Shown here: piece by piece, positions 22,001 to 29,952 of the stretch | Layout of the letters: every line of letters starts with the position of its first letter | How positions within the stretch are numbered: the stretch's first letter is position 1 | Source: Naegleria gruberi | Taxonomy: Eukaryota | DNA length: 64,000 nucleotides | Direction: 5' to 3' (one strand) | Assembly: GCA_000004985.1 (NCBI GenBank) | Contig: GG738852.1 | Translations under genes and position numbers: made by a program | Notes under the pieces: generated by a model | Database searches by the model: none | The model's input: the letters and a program-made list of their open reading frames with translations, nothing else | What the model was told of the DNA's origin: nothing

Positions 22001-24066
22001 TTTTCTTGCAAGGTACTTCTCCAATACAAGATGGTAATGGCTTCTTCCAAAGTATAGACACCAGCAGCATAGGCACTACCAACTTCACCAGCAGAGTGAC
22101 CAACAACGACAGATGGATGAATATTCCAAGCTTTCATCATGGCATATAAACCAGCTTGGAGGAAGAAGATAGCTGGTTGAGCATAGAGTGGGTGATCCAT
22201 ATCATCATCAGTTAAACATTGTTCCTTAATCCACTTTCCAACAAGAGACCATCCAGACAATTGACTGAACAATCTATCACATTCATCCAAACAATTTCTG
22301 AAAATTTCATACTTGTTATAGAGTTGGATACCCATGGATTTAGTTTGTGGACCTTGACCTGGGAAGACAAAGACGAATCCCTTATCACTTCTATTTGAAT
22401 TATGTACAATACCCTTAGATCTAAGAGTATCAGCAGATTCGGATGCAATTGTCTTCAATTGTTTGACACAATCTTCAACAGAGCTAGTAATGATAGTACT
22501 TCTCAATTTGTGATGAGATCTAAATTGATTTTGAACAGTAAAGACATCAATCATAGAATCCTTATCATGGATACATTCCTTGCTTGATAAATCTTGAGCA
22601 AGACTTTGGAGGGATGGAATGGATTGTGCAGACAACATCATCATGACCTTTTCGCTTTCCTTTTCTGGCAATTTTGGTGCTTCCAACTTTGGTTGCTCGA
22701 ATTCTTCCAAAATGACGTGAGCATTGACACCACCAATACCCATAGAGTTAATACCAAAGACCAATGGCTTGGAACCTCTCTTCTTAACCAATGGAATTGG
22801 TTCAGTAACAACTCTCATATTATACTTATCCAATGGAATCTTTGGATTCAACTTTTTAATATTGGCAACTGGACATAAGAGTCTCTTTTCCATCATGAGA
22901 ACAGCCTTAATTAAACCAGCGACACCAGATGCACATTCCAAGTGACCAATATTACCCTTAACAGAACCAACATAGATTGGTTTGGATCTATTTGGACCGG
23001 AGAGAACTTCACCAATGGCAACAGTTTCAACAACGTCACCCTTAGCAGTACCAGTACCGTGACATTCAACATAATCAACTTCGAATGGTGACAAGATACT
23101 AGCAGTTTCTTCTGGTAATCTATCATAAGCTTTCTTAATATTCAAAGCTTGAGTAATTGAGGAAGGAGTGATCAAAGAATCTTCAGCAGCACCATCAACA
23201 TTGACACTTGAACCACGAATGACACCATAAATACGGTCACCACTTTCAAGAGCCTTCTTCAATGGCTTTAAAACAACTAAACCAGCACCTTCACCTCTAA
23301 CGAAACCGTTGGCAGATTCATCGAATGGTTTACACTTACCATCCTTTGATAAAACACCAACTTTACTAAACTCGCAATAAGGAGATGGAGAAAGGATTAA
23401 AGAGACACCACCTGCAATAGCCATTTCACACTCATTATTCTTCAAGCTCATACATGCTTGATGAACTGCAACGAGAGAAGATGAACAAGCAGTATCAATA
23501 CTCATAGATGGACCTCTAAAATCATAGAGGAATGAAATACGGTTAGAGGCAATACTCAAAGTATTACCATTGTGAGTGTATGAAGTAATTCTTTCAAAAT
23601 TATTGTTATCCAATTGAACAGTGTAAAAGTCCAATTGACCAATACCGATAAAGACACCAGTTTCATCGAACAAATGACCATTTGTGCTATCTTTCTTTGG
23701 TCTAATACCAGCATCTTCTAAACATTCCCATGTTAATTCTAAAAGTAAACGTTGTTGTGGATCCATAACTTCCACTTCTTTTTGACCAACACCCAAAACA
23801 CTACAATCGAAAGCCTTGATTTGATCCTCGGGTATGTAAGCACCACGAGATGAAGACATTAATCCAGGAACATTGGAAGCATCAGTAGATTCCCAATTTT
23901 GAGATTTCCATCTCCATTCAGGTGTATCGGTAATGTGTTCTTGGCATTCAGTGAGGAGCTTCCAAAATTCGTGCTTATCTTTAGCTCCAGGTAAACGACA
24001 GGAAAGACCAACAATGGCATAACTGTCAGCAGTGATATGATTGTGATTATTTGTAGTTGTAGACAT
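16090..24066 (-). CDS. Steely-type hybrid polyketide synthase: type I KS-AT-DH-ER-KR-ACP fused to a C-terminal type III (chalcone synthase-like) PKS domain
   Basis: Single 8-kb ORF. First ATG at 24066-24064 (MSTTTNNHNH). The ORF-track start at 24102 is TTG. KS: DTACSSSLVA, ECHGTGT, GNIGHLECASG. AT: GHSAGEVGSAYAAGV, YCAFHSQ. DH: HVIQGDIIYPGVSY. ER: HSAAGAVGLSAVQ. KR: VVGGTRGVGLS, NYAAAN. ACP: GMDSLMATQL. P/T-rich linker. Type III domain: NMSGCAAGLITLKAARAL, LAHPGGKAILYAVE, YGNMSSVTIMF (Cys-His-Asn triad). The line labels place the stop at 16089-16091, a 1-nt discrepancy with the track. Confidence 0.9.
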   Translation of the reverse strand: MSTTTNNHNHITADSYAIVGLSCRLPGAKDKHEFWKLLTECQEHITDTPEWRWKSQNWESTDASNVPGLMSSSRGAYIPEDQIKAFDCSVLGVGQKEVEVMDPQQRLLLELTWECLEDAGIRPKKDSTNGHLFDETGVFIGIGQLDFYTVQLDNNNFERITSYTHNGNTLSIASNRISFLYDFRGPSMSIDTACSSSLVAVHQACMSLKNNECEMAIAGGVSLILSPSPYCEFSKVGVLSKDGKCKPFDESANGFVRGEGAGLVVLKPLKKALESGDRIYGVIRGSSVNVDGAAEDSLITPSSITQALNIKKAYDRLPEETASILSPFEVDYVECHGTGTAKGDVVETVAIGEVLSGPNRSKPIYVGSVKGNIGHLECASGVAGLIKAVLMMEKRLLCPVANIKKLNPKIPLDKYNMRVVTEPIPLVKKRGSKPLVFGINSMGIGGVNAHVILEEFEQPKLEAPKLPEKESEKVMMMLSAQSIPSLQSLAQDLSSKECIHDKDSMIDVFTVQNQFRSHHKLRSTIITSSVEDCVKQLKTIASESADTLRSKGIVHNSNRSDKGFVFVFPGQGPQTKSMGIQLYNKYEIFRNCLDECDRLFSQLSGWSLVGKWIKEQCLTDDDMDHPLYAQPAIFFLQAGLYAMMKAWNIHPSVVVGHSAGEVGSAYAAGVYTLEEAITILYWRSTLQEKTCGSGNMLAVGVSPAQCELYLDEYLSGEDRSAVVVAAINGPGSCTLAGSPQLINKLEQDISKGKGVFCRKLRGYCAFHSQYQEPIKEEMLNALKNFSPVSRGKPTLIPLYSTVTGKLYDTTVENMDEHYLWGNVRQAVLFADPITDLLKQGYRGFVELSPHPVLAASIKECASELGIEDTKCYFTLKRFVDEQETMLQCARDLFVNGFIHNVTFRENVNWNHLFNKVKVPFYPWDRSQMIWNQTEEQAAEWRRGYPSNLVGHKSLRSGSVTFQNRISLDHFPNLKDHVIQGDIIYPGVSYVLMSLHAAVAQIRANEKDSEQKELPKQFILQGCDFKGALSLSQTAPGGFIVETDVTPLVHGTQNSQMIEIKSKRGLEDWLDHYKCFLRMLPPTNLKTHPNLDEVKPRCMEVSMSKNELYSKLRKMGLEYGPVFQQLDKIYVGKNEGVSELSLKKKFDEGPKSLLDTKRHKSVLEVGILDSCLQSLIAIAEEDAIVYIPSSIDTCVLNTEVCLNQLVPDMDSISVYCKMTNQSQYELEGDVFIYGHKQGSIVPIASFLCVKCRAITQASCPTVFTITSNDCMYDVAWTSANKEELTEMTAPVEQEEQSVAQQWIVVSDVAESDMTKAVVSSLSAVSTTIVSAEQAVNMLAQNQEISGIVFVANVAEDNQVTQESNSWRLMQIIKEMIKIELDHESCETKLWIVTKGAQLTYSVPSSAQFVGIGRTFRSEHPNIKSFLFDFSEGINMDIASQTISNLFVNCDNLEYNELALAACGDLKYLKVVKSTLIQKPNAPVTLKSNSIGSVSELSFHEVEEFVPLEADEVRISVKASALSFKDLMFSLGRIPDKAFRRGGKWNPPFGLECSGVIVEVGPSVTDFKIGDKVVCIARKCFSSYVNVKSSLAIKKPDWMSYEQASTIPSAFLTSWYGLVHVARLRKGETCMIHSAAGAVGLSAVQIANHFGAVTIGTAGRGEKRTFLEQDETYKVHYTTDSRSTSFRDDVMKFTNGKGCDVVLNSLAGTDMLSANFESLGSYGRFVEIGIRDIYDGTCVNLQQMHRNLTYASVDLDRMMDEKPELVQQMFREVMDLMEQKRLFPLPYVVYDKEKLHDAFNFMAHAKHIGKIVLNMTNEDLETSIPRYEKLKEEMRGLTFSSDKTHLVVGGTRGVGLSLVLWLIEQKQVKNLVILSRSGKLTEGQSKDRIEELIKTDSSLNIQVLPCDVSNRQNVENIITQVRTTLNMPPLESVFHLATVYEDCSINNMTETKFNNVIQAKAVSAWNVHHATLNENSIKYFVMFSSFVAINGNMEQSNYAAANCILDALAHYRKSKNLPALSVNFGAIDDGFVSRQYSTKVILRSRGFISMPIPLLVKCLEKALISQQTDAQPQKIISCIDWKDHSDNFKHLKKMFGELFIETAQDAGMDASTSQLTVDQMIATQLAKILGIPLEAIEIAEPLRQYGMDSLMATQLKNWLDKMYPRGSITTIDILKKDTTVKSLAAKIMDKMGAASSEKKESKTSKKSEPAKQTKTATPTAVASAATPVQPKPVVAEQPKPVVAQQTPVVTATTTVTTTTTDNTPLTKTVVPESVPVKEFAAHARKANMKNPSNAYILGIGVANPPRKTQEELFEGIMKDYGTADEKIKERIHNLFKGCEIKERCVAFDFTKNSTNDLKTIESRNDIFLKVAPELAYQAASKAIDEWKGDVKEITHLITCTSTGIAVPNIHLKFMDRLGLSHAVEYFPINMSGCAAGLITLKAARALTSLNPKNRVLVICIELSSVHFRISNNTDEKIVSAIFGDGVASMVVGSQPQAQKGEKPVYELFDTHSYTTPNTDECMTWKVFHDGFHLSLSPEVPQIITNSLKDYINTLLKKSQHKDEIVLKENCNVLAHPGGKAILYAVEKALTMNREDLKASWDIMTRYGNMSSVTIMFVMELYRRTQQYLNNEWSIAVAFGPGVSSESIIMRNTCGGASNRL

Positions 24067-25664
24067 TCTTTGATCTATATGGTTGTTATCGTGACTATAC
24101 AATTGATTAATTGATCAAAGTGTTTGTGTTGTTGTATATAGATTCTCTATATAATGTTTTGGGTTGATTTTGTGTCTTTTTTTCAGACTTGCAATTTGTC
24201 TAAGGTGGCCTTGCAGTTCTCTTAAAGGTTCAAATTTGAGTACTATGCTGAAGTGTGCTATTGTGACACAAAAATTGAAACTAGCTGTTGTTGTGGAGAG
24301 TCCTCTCTCTTCGAATCAACATTCAACATCTCTCTCCTTTCTTACATCACCAGCACACAGAAAGTAGAGTGCTCTCTCTTGAGGAATCAACAACATTGCT
24401 GTTGATGATATTCATGAAGAATCTGAAAAGATCTTTTGCCAACAACCATCCACTTGGTTAAAAGAAAGTTTGAGGAATCAAATGTTAACTTTTGAGTGAA
24501 AGAAGGCACTTCTTCTCGGCATTTTCCAGAAATCAACGGACACTTTGGAATAAATTCACCGTACATGTAGGCCATTTCTATCGAGTATTTGATAGTTCCA
24601 AATTGCTGGAATGTTTGAAATTCCAAATCAGCAATTGGGTTACGATCAAATTTCTAAATTTTTCAAGCTGTATTTTGCTTCTTAATACCTTACTGTAAGT
24701 TTGAATTGCATTTTCAATGTGTTTCTTAATGAAGTGTGCAGTGGGTCATTGCAATAAGGAGTAATCGATAGAGTTACTACTAGTCGATTGAAAAGATAAT
24801 TTAAGGAACTTAATATCCTTCCTCCCATTCATATTAACAGATAACAAGACAGATCATATATTGGCTCATATTGCATTAATACTAAACAGTAAGCGCTGAT
24901 GCTTCAAGTTGTTTTTACAGCCATTGGTACACTGCAAAGGAATATAGGGCAGAACTTTCATATTGATGGTTCTCTTGAAGCTTCATATGATTGAAAGGTT
25001 CTTCATCCAGCAACACCTCATCATCAGAAAGCATAATATTCATGATTATTAATCATTCAATGTCCTCTCAACGTCCACGTTTCTTTTATAGATTAAATTC
25101 CAATCCTAGAAGCCAATACAAATCATGCTTATTGTATAGAAATTTATTGTAATTTTCTATTGCGTTCCGATAATAATAAAAGATAATCACACTATTCAAC
25201 TTTAAATTTTCGAAAGCATAGAATACAGCCCACCATTTCAATGCATTCTTTATTCTGTGCCTGAACCTGTGTGACAACCCAATTTTGTACAGACACTTTG
25301 AATTTTCCTGTGAATTGGACATAAAACTTGATGTGCGATTGTATACTATTTGAGGATTGTTAGATATGGAATCAACAAAGATAAGTGGTAATTATCTGGC
25401 TGCAATTATGTTAGAAAAAATGTCTCAATCTCTTACACTTGTATTCTTGTGAAACCTTAATGAAATCAGAGCATGAATCAACAAATTTATTAAAATAATA
25501 ATAAAAAAATTGTCAAATAATACCTCTTAAATGTTGATCATATTTGAACCCATTTTACATTCTCTTTATATTCAAAACTTTTCATCCCTAAAGTAAAAGT
25601 GAAAATTAACTTTACACCTGCTATTCAAAAATTTGCTTGAAAGTAAAAAAAATTGAATTAAAAA

Positions 25665-27509
25665 ATGAGTGAAGTGAAAAGAACCCCAAAAGCCTTCAAG
25701 TCATTGGCCACTGCTCCATCTTCTTCGGATGAACCATCTTCATCAATAAATACACCAAAGAAAACACCATCTTCATCAACCAAATCCACACCAGCAAAAC
25801 AAACAACAATACTAGCAAAATCTACACCAGCAAAACAAACCCCAAAAAAGAAGGAACAATCCGATAATGTAGTAGAAAAAACCACTCCATCAACTAACAC
25901 CACCACACCAAAGGAGAAACGTAAACAAACAGAACAAAAACAATCGGCAACAAAGAGAAAGTTTTCCGAAACTGATCTCGAAAAAGAATCAACAACAATA
26001 GAACAACAAGAATCAACAAAAACCACCACTGTTGATGATATCAATACTGTTGGTGATAACAAGGCTGACTCATCTGTTATTGATACATCAATTTCATTTG
26101 CTTCTCTTGGACTTTCACAGGTTTTATGTGATACATTGAAGGAAATTGGATATAAACACCCAACCAAAATTCAAAGAGAAGTTATTCCAGTTGCCATCAA
26201 GGAAGCATTCCATGACGATGAAACTGGATTTACTAAATATAATGATATTATTGGTATTTCTGAAACAGGTTCTGGTAAGACTGCTTCCTATGTTTTACCA
26301 GTTCTGGAAAGACTTTTACAATTGAAAGGTGATCCATCACCATGTAGTGCTCTTATTTTAGCACCAACAAGAGAATTGGCTGTACAAATTCAAGGACACG
26401 TAAATGCATTAGGTAGTAAGATTGGTATCACTTCAACAACCTTAACAGGTGGTACAAGCATTGCCAATGATTCTTTGCGTTTCAAGAAGAATAGATATCA
26501 CGTAGTTGTTGGTACTCCTGGAAGAGTTTGTGACTTGTTAGAATTCGGAAAGAGTAATTTCAATTTGAATCATACTAGATTTTTAGTTTTGGATGAAGCT
26601 GACAAAATGTTGGGATCTGAATTTGACAAGTGGCTCACTACCATTTCTGAAAAATTGAGAAGAAAACAATGTACAGTCTACTTGTTCAGTGCAACCATGA
26701 CTACCAAGATTGACAAACTCTTAAAATTGCATCAAATGACTAATCCTGTAAAAATTCAAGTCACAAGCTCAAAATACCACACTGTCGATACACTCACTCA
26801 ACAATACCTACTCTTACCTGAAAAGTATAAGGAACAATATTTAGTATATTTACTCAATGAAAATCCTGGAAAGAGAATATTAGTTTTTGCTGGACAAAAC
26901 TCAACATGTATCTTATTGAGTATTTTATTGAGATCTCTCAAATTCCCTACAGTTCCACTTTCTGGACATATGGACGAAACTCACAGACAACATTGTCTTA
27001 GAAAATTCGTATCTGGTGATAGACCAATTCTTGTTGCTACTGATATTGCTGCTAGAGGTTTGGATATTCCTCTCGTAGATATTGTTATTAATTTTGATAT
27101 TCCAGTTCACTCTAAGGAATACGTTCACCGTGTAGGTAGAACTGCTAGAATTGGTAATCAAGGTCTTGCTGTCACTTTTGTTACTCAATACGATTTACAA
27201 TATTTCCAAAAGATTGAAGCTCTCATTGAAAAGAAGATGGATGTCTGTAATGTTAATAAGGAAAATGCAATGCTCTTAACAAATACTGTTTCACAAGCAT
27301 TGAAATTGGCCAAGAAGAAGATGTCTGACATGGAAAAGGGTGATATGGCTGTCAAATCTGATGAATTTACCGAAGAAGAAGAAGTTTTGAACAATGCCAT
27401 TAGATCTCTTTCAGCTAAGAGAGCTGGTGCCAAGTCAAGTGGTAAAGGATCATCCATGGCTAGTAGTGGACCAGGTAATCAAAAGAAGAAGAGAAAGCAA
27501 CAAAAATAA
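25665..27509 (+). CDS. DEAD-box ATP-dependent RNA helicase (DDX47/Rrp3-like) with K/T/S-rich N-terminal extension
   Basis: Q-motif ...HPTKIQREVIP. ETGSGKTASYVLPVLERL. VLDEADKML. FSATMT. HRVGRTARIG. C-terminal KKKRKQQK. Confidence 0.85.
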   Translation: MSEVKRTPKAFKSLATAPSSSDEPSSSINTPKKTPSSSTKSTPAKQTTILAKSTPAKQTPKKKEQSDNVVEKTTPSTNTTTPKEKRKQTEQKQSATKRKFSETDLEKESTTIEQQESTKTTTVDDINTVGDNKADSSVIDTSISFASLGLSQVLCDTLKEIGYKHPTKIQREVIPVAIKEAFHDDETGFTKYNDIIGISETGSGKTASYVLPVLERLLQLKGDPSPCSALILAPTRELAVQIQGHVNALGSKIGITSTTLTGGTSIANDSLRFKKNRYHVVVGTPGRVCDLLEFGKSNFNLNHTRFLVLDEADKMLGSEFDKWLTTISEKLRRKQCTVYLFSATMTTKIDKLLKLHQMTNPVKIQVTSSKYHTVDTLTQQYLLLPEKYKEQYLVYLLNENPGKRILVFAGQNSTCILLSILLRSLKFPTVPLSGHMDETHRQHCLRKFVSGDRPILVATDIAARGLDIPLVDIVINFDIPVHSKEYVHRVGRTARIGNQGLAVTFVTQYDLQYFQKIEALIEKKMDVCNVNKENAMLLTNTVSQALKLAKKKMSDMEKGDMAVKSDEFTEEEEVLNNAIRSLSAKRAGAKSSGKGSSMASSGPGNQKKKRKQQK

Positions 27510-27808
27510 ATTAATTTGTACAACTGGCTTGTTAATGCAAAAGTAAATTATTTATTTTCTCTTCTTCAGATCAGCATTGCAGTATTCAAATGAGTAATTC
27601 ATCATCTCAATTTTTTGAAAATGAAAAATTCAGAGCGTGCGCATAAATATTTCAATAATGCGCACGATGCTAAGCATTAAATATTTTCACTTCCACGTCC
27701 AAAAGTTTCCCGCTAAAAATACTCTGAGGATACTCCATTTAAAAACCTCAAGCCAAGCATTACTGACAATAACCAAAATAACAAAGTGAAAAAAAAAGAC
27801 AACAATAG

Positions 27809-27982
<174 letters not shown>

Positions 27983-28064
27983 TAGTGGATTGATTAATTG
28001 AGATGGTCAACTAATGATTTTAATATTTTGTACATGCATGTTTGTTCATAATTGAAATGATCAG

Positions 28065-29422
28065 TTGGATGTATTCCAAAGAAACAAATGCACTTTGCTT
28101 CAGAGATGGGTAACAAGATCAGAGAGGCCATTAACTATGGATGGAAATTGCCACTTGGTCTTGGTGAAGCTCCAGAGGAAGACATGTTCAACAATTTCCC
28201 TCACAATAAGAGAGGTGAATTCTTTGATTGGACAACTCTCGTTCAAGGTGTTTTAAATACAAGATCTGGATCTAACTTTGTTTACAAGGGAGAATTGAGA
28301 AAGAGAAAGATTGATTTCTATGAAGCTCTTGGTAGACTTGTTGACTCTCACACTGTTGAACTTGTTGGAAGAGTTGAAAGATTGACTGCCAAGTATATTT
28401 TGCTAGCTCCAGGTGGAAGACCAAACGTTCCAAGAGACATCCCAGGTGCCTATGAATATGCCATTACCAGTGATGATTTATTCTCACTCCAACAAGCTCC
28501 AGGTAAAACTCTCGTTGTTGGTGGGTCATATATTGCATTGGAATGTGCTGGTTTCTTATCTGGATTAGGATTTGATGTTTCTGTTATGGTTCGTTCAAGA
28601 ATTTTGAGAAGTGAAGCTTTTGATGCTGAAATTGCTTCAATTTTGCGTGAATCTATGGAACTTCATCATCATGTCAAATTCTTGGAACCATGTATTCCCG
28701 TCAAGATTGAAAAATTGGAAAATAATCAAAAGAGAGTTACATTTTTGAATGCTACTGAAAATAAGGAATATACGCAAGACTTTGATACTGTCATGTTTGC
28801 AACAGGTAGATATGCTGATGTTCAAGGTTTGAATTTGGCTGCTATAGGAGTTCAACATACTAAGGAAGGTAAAATTATTGTCAATGACGAAGAAAGAACT
28901 AGTGTTGAGAGTATTTATGCCATTGGTGATGTTATTGAGAATGGTCACAATTATGAATTGACACCTGTCGCCATTCAACAAGGTAAATATTTGGCCTATC
29001 GTTTATTCAAGCCAGAAGAAATCAATAAGAAGGTTGACTATGATTTCGTCCCAACTACAGTCTTTACCCCAACAGAGTATGGCCTTGTTGGTTACAGTGA
29101 AGAGAAGGCCAAGAAGGTATTTGGTGAAAATAATTTGGTAATCTACAAGAAAAAGTTCAATATTTTGGAACACAAGATTGCAGAAATTGGAGAGAAGGGT
29201 TTCGTCAAATTGATTTGCGTCAAGAATCAAAATGAAAGAGTTGTTGGCTTGCACTATTTGGGTCCAAATGCTGCTGAGGTCACCCAAGGTTTTGCTTTGG
29301 CTTTAAAGAAGGGGTGTACTAAGGAGGAATTCGATGATGTGATTGGTATTCACCCAAGCAATGCTGAAGCTTTCATGTATTTGGAACTTGGTGTTTATGA
29401 AGATAAGACATGTTGTGGATAA
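28065..29422 (+). CDS. thioredoxin reductase, exon 2
   Basis: Acceptor tgatcag at 28058-28064. Completes CVNVGCIPKK redox centre. GGSYIALECAGFL NADPH motif. IGIHPSNAEAF. C-terminal extension ends ...EDKTCCG, a Cys-Cys-Gly redox tail, then TAA. Intron is 87 nt. Confidence 0.8.
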
Positions 29423-29952
29423 ATAGATATTTGTAATTACAAATATCAAAGAGCTCTTTAATGTAAATAAACAATTTTGAAAAATCTAAAAACTTTACTT
29501 TATCATTGTGTTATGGTCTTAATGACTACAATTGAGGTACCAACTAGTTGGCATTTCTCGATAGGTATAATGAAGTCATGTTCCTGTTACTGCATTAGTT
29601 TGTTCTCATAATTGTTACATAGAACAGAAGGAGATAGAGATTGACTAGTGTTCGTCGTTTTTTGCCGTTACACAATTTCAATTTCAATCGATTATTTAAC
29701 GATGGCTGTTACATATTTCTCCCGCCATTTTATTTACAAGTAAAAACCTATCCGTTTTAACAACCTTATTTTTTGAAAACAATCGAAAGAAAAAGTCTCG
29801 AAAGCACCTCAAACAACATCACTCCCTTATTAATTTATTAATAATATATTAATATACCATCTACAACAATTCAAGAGAGATCATCGTACAATCATCGTCA
29901 TCATCAATACTAATCCTTCTATACAATATAATTATTAATTTACATCAACAAG

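Noticed and set aside
16506-23126. Numerous 60-200 aa ORFs on both strands inside the PKS locus (e.g. 16888-17490 Ser/Trp-rich, 17208-17525 Leu-rich).
   Set aside because: They are antisense or out-of-frame shadows of the 8-kb PKS exon. They have low-complexity composition and no start context.
14768-24066. A biosynthetic gene cluster around the Steely PKS, with the metallophosphatase, GDP-mannose dehydratase or the P450 at 59308 as tailoring enzymes.
   Set aside because: The neighbours are conserved housekeeping genes (GMD near-identical to the human enzyme, HDAC, USP). The P450 is 35 kb away across many unrelated genes. Eukaryotic dictyostelid PKS genes are typically unclustered.
24067-24102. 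Twelve-residue N-terminal extension MYSHDNNHIDQR on the PKS, and similar extensions at 4064, 33155, 34654, 35452, 36336, 39347, 45502, 47266, 53299, 58213.
   Set aside because: The first codon in each case is TTG or GTG on the genomic sequence. Real starts were set at the first in-frame ATG with an A-rich context, or joined to an upstream exon.
29410-29422. Selenocysteine (in-frame TGA) in the thioredoxin reductase tail.
   Set aside because: The tail is encoded tgt tgt gga taa (Cys-Cys-Gly-stop). There is no TGA, so this is not a selenoprotein.
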